This document shows, piece by piece, positions 10,809-19,600 of a stretch of DNA of 64,000 nucleotides. Each line of letters starts with the position of its first letter. Position 1 is the stretch's first letter. The notes under the pieces are model-generated. The model did no database searches. It had not been told where the DNA came from and saw only the letters and a program-made list of their open reading frames with translations. Location of the stretch: contig CAYWOO010000042.1 of NCBI GenBank assembly GCA_964458665.1, positions 2,987 to 66,986 of the forward strand. The letters are read 5' to 3'. The DNA is from an uncultured Dehalococcoidia bacterium (GTDB lineage: Bacteria > Chloroflexota > Dehalococcoidia > DSTF01 > JACRBR01). The translations under genes and the position numbers were made by a program.

Positions 10809-11384
10809 TCAGGCGGCGGGATCCAGCAGCTTCATTTGCTTTCGCAGCGAATTGAGCGCACGGTGCTGAATGACGCGGATCGCCGCGACACTCTTACCGA
10901 TAATCTCGGCCACTTCCTTGTAATCCAAATCCTCAATGAACCGGAGGATGATCACCTGACGCTGCTCCTCGCGGAGCTTCAGAATCGCCTCGCGTACGAG
11001 CTCTTCCTCGGCCGTCTGCTGGTACGACCACTCCGGATCCCGGCGCTCTTTCGTGTCCACAATGCCATCGTGCAGCTCCGACGAATCGCGTTTGGAGCGC
11101 AGGTAGCTGACGCCGAGGTTGTGGGCGATGCGGAGCAGCCAAGAAACGAACGGAGCGCCGCGCACCTGGTAGCGCTCGATGGCCTCCCACGCCCGCAGGA
11201 ACGCCTGCGCGGTGAGGTCCTCAGCTTCGGCGGCGTTGCCCACCATGTAGTAGATATGACGGTAGACGCGTACGACGTGGCGGTCGTACAGTTCGCCGAA
11301 CGCCTCCTGGTCGCGCCGGATCGCCCGCAGCACAAGCGGCGTATCGTCATTCGCGCGCGGTACCGCTGTGTTCGCACTGACCAT
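10809..11384 (-). CDS. ECF-type sigma-70 family RNA polymerase sigma factor
   Basis: Region 2 (EAFGELYDRH...VYRHIYYMVGNAAEAEDLTAQAFLRAW) and region 4 HTH (YKEVAEIIGKSVAAIRVIQHRAL). Confidence 0.85.
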   Translation of the reverse strand: MVSANTAVPRANDDTPLVLRAIRRDQEAFGELYDRHVVRVYRHIYYMVGNAAEAEDLTAQAFLRAWEAIERYQVRGAPFVSWLLRIAHNLGVSYLRSKRDSSELHDGIVDTKERRDPEWSYQQTAEEELVREAILKLREEQRQVIILRFIEDLDYKEVAEIIGKSVAAIRVIQHRALNSLRKQMKLLDPAA

Positions 11385-11556
11385 CTAGCGCTCCGCTCCA
11401 GGCCGGCGGGCCGTACTCAGTTGGGCCTTCGGGGCGCCCGGGGAACCGCCGCGCGTTCCCCTACGGGTGCTCCCGCATTTCCCACATGAAGATCGGCATC
11501 CCGATGCGACCGCTTTAGGGTTAGACGCCTGAGGGGCGGAACTCTTACAGGAAGGG

Positions 11557-13515
11557 CTAGCTGGCCTGGGCGTCCAGATCCGGAGAGTCCTCCGGGGGCG
11601 CAGCGTGCGGCGCCTCCTCCCGCGGCCATATCACGCCAAGACCCGACGCCGAGGCGGGCGCGGTCGACGGACGCGGACCGATCGGACGAGGCGCGTCCGG
11701 ATCGCGCAGGATGTTCGGCACCGGCGTTGGCGGTTCGTCTTCCGTTGGCGGCGGCGGCTCCGCCCAAAGCCTGAACTCGAAGCGGTGTTCGCCGATGTCC
11801 AGCGTGTCGCCCGGCTGAAGGATCGTCCAGCCGCCCGAGACACCATCCGCGGCGATATCGCTCAGCCGCGACATCTTGTGCACCATGAGATGCTCGTCGC
11901 GCACCCAAATCCGCGCTTCCTCGCCCGCCAACGATGGGTCGTTGATTCGGACAGCGCACCGCGCGGCCGAGCCAATGATCACGGGCTTGCCGCCCACGAC
12001 GTACTCAGTGCCAAGCAGCAAACCGCCGCGTGACACCAGCACACCCATCGGTTCGCCCACCTCCTCCACGGCGACCGCCGGCAATTCGTTCACCGTCTCT
12101 TCTGCACGCGGTTCGAGGTTGCGGTGGCGTGCCACCCAGGGCGTGATGCGCTGATCGGCGGCCGGCCCGCTAATCGTGATGTCGCCCGCACTTCGCCGCA
12201 GCCGCATGACCACCGTTCCCGCCAGGAACAGCACGACGAGCAACGCCACGCCGCCAGCGATGGGCAGGAGCGGCAGCCTGGAGCTGGAGCCGCTGCTCGT
12301 CGGCGGCGGGGCGGCAATCGTCGACGTAAACGACACCGCTGGCGAATCAAACGTCCGCGTGCCGGCGACGACGCCGGCCTTCAGCGTGTGCGATGCCGCG
12401 CCGTAGGCGTGTGGATCGAACGTGAACTCGTAGGGGGCCTTCGCAGTCTCAAAGACGTTGACGCCATCGACGTAGAACGCGACCCGCGTCAGCCCCTGTG
12501 TCGCATCGAACACCGCCATGACCACACGCGCTTGACTGAGGGACTCGCCTTCGGTGATGCCCGTGAGCACGACGGCGATCGGCGGTGGCGCAAACGCTGC
12601 TCCCGGCTTGAACGTCGCCTGTGCGGTCGCCTTTGTTCCGCCCGCGTCCAGTGTGATCGTGACGGGCGTATCGGCGCTGGCGGGCGCCGCGCTCGCGTCG
12701 AAGGTGACGATGAACTGGCTTGTCAGCAGCTCTCCAATCGAAGCGAAGAGACCGGTAAGGTCTGTCGCCTTCGGCGCTTCCAGGTAGCGGCCCCTCGAGG
12801 ATGTCGCGAGCTGCGTGAGGTAGGCCTGGTCAATTCCCTTGCCCTCGCCGATGGCGAAGAACGGCACGCCGGCGCTCGTCGCCGCGGTGAGCGCCTGGTC
12901 GCGCGTAGTCTTCAGCTTGACGCCGTCCTGCGCGCCGTCGCTGAGCAGAATGATCGCGCGGCGTGTCGAGCCCGAACCGGATGTGCCCGACTTGAACGCC
13001 GCCGCGGCCGTAGCGTCGTAGAGCGCCGTGTTGCCCTTGGCAGCCAGCCCATCGATCGCGGAGTTCACGTTCCCGCGCTCGATCGTGTAGTCCTGCACCA
13101 GCTTGACGGTGTCTGCGAAGCTCATCACAGCCACGCGGTCGTTGGGCGCAAGCTGCTGCACAAGACCCTTGGCCGCCTCCTTCGACTGCTTCATGGGCTC
13201 GCCCGCCATGCTGCCGCTCACGTCCATGAGCAAGAGCACGTCCAGCGGCGCGTTCTGGCTGGAGGCGAGGTCGGCCGACAGGATTGGCGCCGGCGTGCCA
13301 CCGACGGTAGCGGCAAAATTCGTCGCGGTCAGGCTCTTGATGTCGAACACACCGGCGGCATCAATGTTCACCACCGCGCGGGCGGACGGATAATCACCGG
13401 CAGCAATGCTCGCGATGTCGGCGCGCAGCGACGAGGGCTGTTGTGCGTGTGCCACGGTCACCGTTGCACCCATCACGGCGATCGCCACGATGCTCAGCAG
13501 CCACTTCACGCGCAT
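11557..13515 (-). CDS. Membrane-spanning vWA-FHA protein (extracytoplasmic von Willebrand A domain, one TM helix, cytoplasmic FHA domain, Pro-rich tail)
   Basis: Signal peptide from ATG 13515 (after GAGGGAAG). MIDAS motif LLLMDVSGSM. TM helix LPLLPIAGGVALLVVLFLAGTVVM. FHA signature (VIIGSAARCAVRINDPSLAGEEARIW...TLDIGEHRFEF). Confidence 0.8.
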   Translation of the reverse strand: MRVKWLLSIVAIAVMGATVTVAHAQQPSSLRADIASIAAGDYPSARAVVNIDAAGVFDIKSLTATNFAATVGGTPAPILSADLASSQNAPLDVLLLMDVSGSMAGEPMKQSKEAAKGLVQQLAPNDRVAVMSFADTVKLVQDYTIERGNVNSAIDGLAAKGNTALYDATAAAAFKSGTSGSGSTRRAIILLSDGAQDGVKLKTTRDQALTAATSAGVPFFAIGEGKGIDQAYLTQLATSSRGRYLEAPKATDLTGLFASIGELLTSQFIVTFDASAAPASADTPVTITLDAGGTKATAQATFKPGAAFAPPPIAVVLTGITEGESLSQARVVMAVFDATQGLTRVAFYVDGVNVFETAKAPYEFTFDPHAYGAASHTLKAGVVAGTRTFDSPAVSFTSTIAAPPPTSSGSSSRLPLLPIAGGVALLVVLFLAGTVVMRLRRSAGDITISGPAADQRITPWVARHRNLEPRAEETVNELPAVAVEEVGEPMGVLVSRGGLLLGTEYVVGGKPVIIGSAARCAVRINDPSLAGEEARIWVRDEHLMVHKMSRLSDIAADGVSGGWTILQPGDTLDIGEHRFEFRLWAEPPPPTEDEPPTPVPNILRDPDAPRPIGPRPSTAPASASGLGVIWPREEAPHAAPPEDSPDLDAQAS

Positions 13516-13594
13516 GATCTTCCCTCGATTGGCAGACCACCGGGTGTGCCCCAACGGCCGCGTTCTTGACGCCGACTATTTGCGTCCCAACCCC

Positions 13595-13623
13595 TTGACA
13601 GCGATGACCGCCGGTGTCAGAAT
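13595..13623 (+). promoter_or_regulatory. Sigma-70-like promoter candidate (TTGACA-17 nt-CAGAAT with a TGT extended -10)
   Basis: A consensus -35 with 17-nt spacing inside the 580-nt gap. No convincing ORF follows for about 470 nt. Confidence 0.35.
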
Positions 13624-14095
13624 CGACCCACCCTGGCGGAGGCGTCCGCGTAGGACGCCGGGTGGAGCCGACAGGTACATCGCTCTCACAGAACTATCGA
13701 CCAATTGCGCGCCGTGCTGAGCGGCCGCAGCGCGCCAGGCACGGACGCAGGCGAGCCCGTCCAAGTTTGATCCGCGCGCCTTCAGGCCGCGCGAGCATCG
13801 GCCTCCCGCTGCGGTGGGAGTTGAACGTGGGGCCACGGGCCCGGGGGACGGCTGTTCAGGAGGCGGGGCCTGACTGACGCCCTCTGGCCCGAACCCGTCT
13901 TCCATTGATCAGTCCCCAAAAAGCTCAGTCCCGAGCTTCCTCAGTCATATATCCAGCTTTGACCACCAGAACCGATACTCCTATCGGAGGACACCGGGGG
14001 GGGCCGCTGCTCGTCCCGCGTCCGTGCGACCGCCAGACGTCAGGCTCAGGAGCACATGTGACCGGGATAGCCTGCTTCAACGTGAAGGAGCCGCG

Positions 14096-15520
14096 ATGAC
14101 GATCGAGACGGCGGGCATGCGTGGCTTGATCGGCGGCGCTGCCGGCGCGCGCGCGAACGGCGCCGCGCACGACGATGGTGCGCCCTGGGTACCGCAACCA
14201 CAGACGATCGAGGAGACGGGCCTCGACTTTTCGATGATCCTCGACCTGGTGGTGAAAGCCGTCTATTTCGCGGGCCGCCCGGCGGCGCGGCAAGTGGCCG
14301 CGCAGATCGCCCTTCCGTTCCCCGTCGTCGATGAAGTGCTGGCGTTCCTCAAGCGCGAGCAGCTGGCGGAAGTCGTCGGCAGCGCGGGCATGGGCGAGCA
14401 GCTCTACCAGTACTCGCTCTCCGGCAAGGGGCTGGAGAAAGCCGAAGAGGCCCTGGCACGCAACCACTACATCGGCCCCGCACCCGTGCCGTTCGAGGTG
14501 TATCTGCAGGTTCTGAAGATGCAATCGATCCGGGAGATGCGCGTCACGCCGCAGGTCGTCGATACGGCTCTTTCGCACCTCGTGCTGGACGATGCCGTCT
14601 GCGAGGCGCTTGGCCCCGCCGTCAACTCCGGCCGCTCGATGCTGCTGTACGGCGGCTCGGGCAACGGCAAGAGCACGATCACCGGCGCCATCGGCAAGAT
14701 GCTCCCCGGCGAAGTGCTGATCCCGTACGCCGTCGATATCAACGGCATCATCGTCAAGGTCTTCGACCCGCGCGTGCACAACGAGATCCCCACCGAGCAG
14801 CTGGAGCGCCGCGCCAACCCCGACAGTGCGAACGGCGGCGAGCGCCGGCGCGATCGGCGTTGGGTCGTGGCGCGGCGACCGATGATCACCGCTGGCGGAG
14901 AGCTGACGCTGAAAGAACTGGAGCTGCGCTACTCGCCGCAGTCGCAGTTCTACATCGCGCCACTGCAGTGGAAGGCGAACAGCGGCATCCTCATCGTGGA
15001 CGACTTCGGCCGTCAGATGATCTCGACGAAGGAGTTGCTGAACCGCTGGATCGTACCGATGGAAGAGCGCATCGACCACCTCTCGCTGCACACGGGCGAC
15101 ATGGTCGAAGTGCCGTTCGACGTGCTGCTGATCTTCTCGACGAACCTCCATCCCTCGCAGCTGGGCGACGAAGCATTCTTCCGCCGTATTCGCCACAAGA
15201 TCGAGATCCCCGACCCAACGCGCGAACAGTTCCTGGAGATCCTTTCGCGCGTCTGCCAGCAGCGCGAGATCCCGTTCGATCCGGCCGCCGGCTTGTACTT
15301 CGTCGACGCCTACTACGACCGGCTAGGGCGCGGCTTCAAGGGCTGCCACCCGCGCGACATCGTGGACCTCATGGTGGACATCTGCGTCTATCACGGCGAG
15401 CCGCCGTCATTCACGCGCCGCTACATGGATCAGGCCGCGCACTCCTACTTCGTCTCGCTCCAGGACGCCGCCCGCGAAGCAAAGCAGCAACAGCAGTTCG
15501 GCGGCCTCGCCGCCGCGTAG
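14096..15520 (+). CDS. AAA+ ATPase with an N-terminal helical/wHTH-like domain
   Basis: ATG 14096 follows AAGGAG. Walker A GGSGNGKST, Walker B ILIVDDFGRQ, sensor LLIFSTNL and Arg-finger-like FFRRIRHKIEIP. Confidence 0.72.
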   Translation: MTIETAGMRGLIGGAAGARANGAAHDDGAPWVPQPQTIEETGLDFSMILDLVVKAVYFAGRPAARQVAAQIALPFPVVDEVLAFLKREQLAEVVGSAGMGEQLYQYSLSGKGLEKAEEALARNHYIGPAPVPFEVYLQVLKMQSIREMRVTPQVVDTALSHLVLDDAVCEALGPAVNSGRSMLLYGGSGNGKSTITGAIGKMLPGEVLIPYAVDINGIIVKVFDPRVHNEIPTEQLERRANPDSANGGERRRDRRWVVARRPMITAGGELTLKELELRYSPQSQFYIAPLQWKANSGILIVDDFGRQMISTKELLNRWIVPMEERIDHLSLHTGDMVEVPFDVLLIFSTNLHPSQLGDEAFFRRIRHKIEIPDPTREQFLEILSRVCQQREIPFDPAAGLYFVDAYYDRLGRGFKGCHPRDIVDLMVDICVYHGEPPSFTRRYMDQAAHSYFVSLQDAAREAKQQQQFGGLAAA

Positions 15521-15771
15521 CGGCGGCGTAGCCGTGAGCGATGAGCGGTCGGCTGTTAGCTTCTCGCCAACCCCAGCGTCAGCGCATGATCCTCACCAGT
15601 ACATGCGCAGCTTCAGCAGCGCCCCGTGGTGGCTCTGGCACGCCGCCCCGACTTCCAGCCCATCCAGCAGTCTTGTAGACAGTTGCAGCCCGCCGCCCAC
15701 TGGCGTATCGTCGAGATCGGCTGGCACCTAGCCACCGCCGACCACCGACTGACGACCGAAGGAAGCACACG

Positions 15772-16551
15772 ATGCCAGCACGCATGAACGCACAGGCAAC
15801 CGCGGACGACGTAGCGGCATCGCTCAAACGAGACGGCTATGCCATCGTCGCGCGCCTGCTCTCGCCAGCTGAAGCGGCGGCGAAGCGCGCCGAGCTAACG
15901 CGCATCCTCGCGGAGACGCCGGAGGGCCGCAACGACTTCGAGGGCTTCAAGACACGCCGCATCTACGCGCTCTTCGCGAAGACACGCGCCTTCGACGAGC
16001 CGGCCACGCACCCCCTCGTCCTTGGCGTCCTCGACCGCGTCCTCGGCCCCAGCTACCAGCTCAGCGCTCCCGTTGGCATCGAGATCCATCCCGGTGAGAC
16101 CGCGCAGGTGCTGCACACCGACGACGGCATCTACCCGATCGCCCGCCCCCACCAGGAACTCGTGCTCAACATCATGTGGCCGCTCGACGACTTCACCGAG
16201 GAGAACGGCGCCACGCGCGTCGTGCCCGGCAGCCACCTCTGGACCGACAAGCGCCCCGACGAATCGACGCCCGTGGAGTTGGCGACGATGCCCGCTGGCT
16301 CCGTCATGTTCTTCGTCGGCAGCGTCTTCCACGGCGGCGGCGCCAACAACAGCAGCAAGCCGCGCCTCGGTACGATCATCGAATACGTCAGTGGCTGGCT
16401 GCGCCCGCAGGAGAACCACATCCTCGCCGTCCCGCGCGAGATGGTGAAGACCCTAACGCCGCGTCTGCAGGAGCTGCTCGGCTACAACATCCACCCGCCC
16501 TTCGTCGGCAACGTAGACGGCCGCCATCCGCGGAAGCCGTTGGAAGCTTGA
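15772..16551 (+). CDS. Phytanoyl-CoA dioxygenase (PhyH) family Fe(II)/2-oxoglutarate oxygenase
   Basis: HxD facial triad VLHTDDG, a distal His in FHGGGAN, and typical length. Confidence 0.85.
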   Translation: MPARMNAQATADDVAASLKRDGYAIVARLLSPAEAAAKRAELTRILAETPEGRNDFEGFKTRRIYALFAKTRAFDEPATHPLVLGVLDRVLGPSYQLSAPVGIEIHPGETAQVLHTDDGIYPIARPHQELVLNIMWPLDDFTEENGATRVVPGSHLWTDKRPDESTPVELATMPAGSVMFFVGSVFHGGGANNSSKPRLGTIIEYVSGWLRPQENHILAVPREMVKTLTPRLQELLGYNIHPPFVGNVDGRHPRKPLEA

Positions 16552-16664
16552 GCAGCTAGCTTTGAGCCCTTAGCTGATTGCGGCTTCGCCTTCGGATCGA
16601 GGCGCATCAGGTGAGATAGGACCGAATTCCGGTAGTTGCCTCGTGACGCGCATCCCGTCGGGTA

Positions 16665-16686
16665 GGGGCATTCCGTAGAATGCCCC
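16665..16686. terminator. 9-bp hairpin in a convergent intergenic region
   Basis: GGGGCATTC-cgta-GAATGCCCC, between the PhyH and CAP gene ends. There is no clear U-tract. Confidence 0.4.
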
Positions 16687-16707
16687 TTCGCATGGCGGGA
16701 GGCCTGC

Positions 16708-16767
16708 GTCCCGCGTCCCGCGTCCCGCGTCCCGCTTCTCGCTTCTCGTTTCCCGCTTCCCGCGTCC
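16708..16767. repeat. Heptanucleotide tandem array (GTCCCGC x4, then TTCTCGC/TTCTCGT/TTCCCGC x2)
   Basis: Strict 7-nt periodicity over about 8.5 units, ending 4 nt before the CAP gene stop codon. Confidence 0.9.
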
Positions 16768-16770
16768 AAG

Positions 16771-17676
16771 CTACGCTGGCCCCGTGAAGATGATCGTGAA
16801 GTACTTCATCCCGGACGAGTCGATGACCAGCGCAATGCCCATGTCCGTGTAGTGCGGGTTGACGATGTTCTCGCGGTGCGGCGGGCTGTTCCAAAGCGCG
16901 ATGTCCGCCACACCCACAGCCTCGCCGTCGGGATAGTTGTTTTTCGCGAGATTCTCGCCCGCCCAACCGTACGGAACCCCGTGCCGGTCCATCAGCGTGA
17001 ACGCGTTGTCGCCCGTCACCGGGCTAACGTGCGCAAAGTAGTTGTGGTCGGCCATGTCTTGCGAGCGAATGCGGGCGATACCGTTCAGGTACCCGTTCGC
17101 GCGCAGCGGTGGCAGGTTCTGCGCGGCGCGTCGGCGGTTCGTGTCATCGAACAGCTCCTGCGAATGCGCGTCCATGGGCGAGGTATCGAGCCCGGTCGGC
17201 TGCGCGGCCGGCGGCGCGGGCGGTGGCGCAGGCGTCGATGTCGGAGCCGGAGCTGTGGGCGGAGGCTTGGCGGCGACCGGACGTGCGGGCGATGGCTGCG
17301 CACGCGGGGTCGACGTCGGCTGCGCGGCCGGCGGCGCGGGGGGTGGCGCAGGCGTAGCTGTCGGCGGCGCCGCGGTCGCCGTGGGCTGTGCCGCGGTCTG
17401 CTCGTATTTCTCGATCGCGGCGAGTGTGGCACGATCGGCGGCCGTCAGGCTGGGCGGCGTTTCGTGCGGGCGCGCTACGGGAGCTCCGCTGCCGGTCGTC
17501 GGCGTGCGTAACGCGTCGGCTCGACCGCCTCCCGCGCTCGACGCTCCAGTGACCGATGACGCCGCGAAGATGGCGATCGTCGCAGCGCTCGCCAATCCGA
17601 GTGCCGCCGAGAGCCGCCCGCGCGTACACCACCGAATGAGTCGAGAAGTCGCGGGCGCGCTGTCGTCGTCGAACAT
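16771..17676 (-). CDS. Secreted CAP/SCP (YkwD-like) domain protein with a Pro-rich repeat linker
   Basis: The C-terminal CAP domain reads NYFAHVSP...GENLA...WNSPPHRENI...YTDMGIA. The linker holds two 41-nt near-identical repeats (17195-17235 and 17315-17355) encoding TPAPPPAPPAAQPT. Confidence 0.8.
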   Translation of the reverse strand: MFDDDSAPATSRLIRWCTRGRLSAALGLASAATIAIFAASSVTGASSAGGGRADALRTPTTGSGAPVARPHETPPSLTAADRATLAAIEKYEQTAAQPTATAAPPTATPAPPPAPPAAQPTSTPRAQPSPARPVAAKPPPTAPAPTSTPAPPPAPPAAQPTGLDTSPMDAHSQELFDDTNRRRAAQNLPPLRANGYLNGIARIRSQDMADHNYFAHVSPVTGDNAFTLMDRHGVPYGWAGENLAKNNYPDGEAVGVADIALWNSPPHRENIVNPHYTDMGIALVIDSSGMKYFTIIFTGPA

Positions 17677-17980
17677 CGATGGCTCCCGCCTGCACGCAAA
17701 CCCTTAGGGGTTTGCCACCAACCTGTGCTCTGATGCTCGGCACCCGTAGGGGACAACTTGAGGCCTCGCGAAGCTGGATCTCGCGGATCGGCACGCAAGG
17801 AAGACGCGATCCCTACTCCCTGATAGGGCCCTAGGAAGCAGGAGCAGCCTTCACGTTTCCCCGTCTGCTTCCTCCCCAACCCGGCCGATGCTACGCTCGG
17901 AGAGTGGGTCGCAAACGGCCCTTCGTTTGCGTCAGACGCGACCTGTCGGCCCGGCCCGGGCGCGCACTCAGGAGTCCCCG

Positions 17981-19411
17981 ATGCCCCAAGGCAGCTTCGC
18001 CTCGCTCGATTTCCTGTTCCATCCCCGCTCGATCGCCGTGCCAGGCGCCTCGACGCAGGATGGCCCCGGCTCGTTCATCGCGGCGATCAAGGAGATGGGA
18101 TTCGCGGGCGACCTCTACCCGGTCAACCCGAAAGCCGACGAGATCGGCGGCCTGAAGTGCTACCCGCGGCTGCTCGACATCCCCGGCCATGTGGACCACG
18201 TCATCTCGTCCGTGCCGCTGCGCTTCGTCGAGCAGCTCATGGAGGAGTGCATCGCCAAGGATGTGAAGTCGGTCCACTTCTTCACCGCGGGATTCAGCGA
18301 GACCGGCGATGAGGACGCGACGGCGCTAGAATCGCGTGTGTTGGCGCGGGCGCGCGAGGCGGGCATCCGCGTCGTCGGCCCGAACTGCATGGGGCTCTAC
18401 TACCCGAACGGCGGCCTCAGCTTCATGCCTTCCTTGCCGACGGAGCCCGGGCCCGTCGCCATGCTCTCGCAGTCGGGCGCCAACGCGGGTGAGTTCTGCC
18501 GCACCGCCGCCGTGCGCGGCCTCCGCTACAGCAAGGTCGTCAGCTACGGCAACGGCACGGACGTGCGCGAGTCGGAGCTGCTGGAGTACTGTGCCGAAGA
18601 CCCCGAGACGGAGGTGATCGCCTGCTACATCGAAGGCATCATCGACGGCGCGCACTTCATGCGGGCGCTGCGCAAGGCCGCCGCGGCAAAGCCCGTCGTC
18701 ATCCTCAAAGGCGGCCGCACCGAGGCAGGATCACGCGCGACGGCCTCCCACACGGGCAGCCTCGCCGGATCGCTGCAGATCTTCGACGCAGCGGTGCGCC
18801 AGGCGGGCGCGGTGCGCGTCGAACGCATGGAGGAGCTGGTCGATCAGGCGGTGGCGTTCCGCTACCTGAAGTCGCTTGCCGGACCCCGCGCCGGCATCGT
18901 CGGCGGCGGAGGCGGCTACTCCGTCCTGGCGTCGGACGAGATCGGCGCTGCGGGTCTCGATATGCCGACGCTGCCGGCCGACATCCAGCAGAAGCTGCAC
19001 GACTTCACGCCTACCGCCGGCACCAGCGTCCGCAATCCCGTGGACACCAGCGTCGGCTGGGGCCCCGATGGCCTGAAGCCGATGCTCGATACGATCCGCA
19101 TCGTGTCGGAGTCGCCGAACATCGACTACGTCCTCTACCACACCAGCTACTCGTGGGGCGCCATGCGCGCCGAAGGTCCAAGCATTGTCGAAGTGGCGAC
19201 GGAGGCGGCGACGAAGCTGGGCGAGGTGGCGAAGGAGTCCGGCAAGCCGATCGTTTGCGTCGCCCGCATCCCGACGACCGAGATGGGGATGGCCGGCACC
19301 CTCGCCTTCCAGCAGAACGTCGCCAGCGCCGGGCTGCCCGTCTTCAATAGCGTCCAGTCGGCAGCCCTCGCCGTCCAACGCCTGCTCGCCTGGCAAGCGG
19401 CGCGCGCGTAG
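17981..19411 (+). CDS. CoA-binding, ADP-forming acyl-CoA synthetase alpha-like protein
   Basis: ATG 17981 follows AGGAG. CoA-binding N-terminus (SIAVPGAS...LYPVNPK), VVGPNCMG, and the phosphohistidine loop ASHTGSLAGS. Confidence 0.8.
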   Translation: MPQGSFASLDFLFHPRSIAVPGASTQDGPGSFIAAIKEMGFAGDLYPVNPKADEIGGLKCYPRLLDIPGHVDHVISSVPLRFVEQLMEECIAKDVKSVHFFTAGFSETGDEDATALESRVLARAREAGIRVVGPNCMGLYYPNGGLSFMPSLPTEPGPVAMLSQSGANAGEFCRTAAVRGLRYSKVVSYGNGTDVRESELLEYCAEDPETEVIACYIEGIIDGAHFMRALRKAAAAKPVVILKGGRTEAGSRATASHTGSLAGSLQIFDAAVRQAGAVRVERMEELVDQAVAFRYLKSLAGPRAGIVGGGGGYSVLASDEIGAAGLDMPTLPADIQQKLHDFTPTAGTSVRNPVDTSVGWGPDGLKPMLDTIRIVSESPNIDYVLYHTSYSWGAMRAEGPSIVEVATEAATKLGEVAKESGKPIVCVARIPTTEMGMAGTLAFQQNVASAGLPVFNSVQSAALAVQRLLAWQAARA

Positions 19412-19452
19412 CCCTTTCGTTTCTAACCGCAGGCGTAACCCTCGCCCCCTTT

Positions 19453-19492
19453 TGGAGCCCGGGCATTCAGCCCGCGTGCTCGATTCCGCGCC
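19453..19492 (+). repeat. Diverged copy of the dispersed GC-hairpin repeat (GGAGCccGGGCATTCAGCCCGCG...)
   Basis: It shares the GGGCATTCAGCCCGCG core with 44430-44478 and 44550-44598, and lies 42 nt after a stop codon. Confidence 0.6.
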
Positions 19493-19600
19493 AAACGTTC
19501 GGGAACCACCGACTTTCGCGGTCGACTGAGAATAGCCATCCTCTCGTCACGTGTGTCAGGCTGCAACACACAGCATCGCTACCCGAGCAGGAGCACGCAG

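Noticed and set aside
10647-11556. The two intergenic regions flanking the ECF sigma gene, searched for a short Flp pilin ORF in the Tad operon.
   Set aside because: The only short ORFs (for example a 38-codon one in 10647-10808) lack the hydrophobic Flp core and the G/xxxxEY processing motif. No pilin is called.
13579-13588. GGGACGCAAA on the minus strand upstream of the vWA-FHA gene, followed by a small hairpin and GGGGCACACC. It looks superficially like the 3' two-thirds of a second GEMM-I aptamer.
   Set aside because: The obligatory GGCAAAC element and the GNRA-capped first hairpin are absent, and the second helix is only about 4 bp. A 10-mer match alone is within chance for this window.
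13620-13900. A possible housekeeping RNA (RNase P RNA, tmRNA, SRP RNA) in the large non-coding gap.
   Set aside because: None of the conserved blocks I know are present (GGAAAGUCCGGGC, ACAGAACCCGGCUUA, the tRNA-like GGUUCGAxUCC...CCA end, or the SRP GGAA/AGCA helix 8). Only a 7-mer (ACAGAAC) matches.
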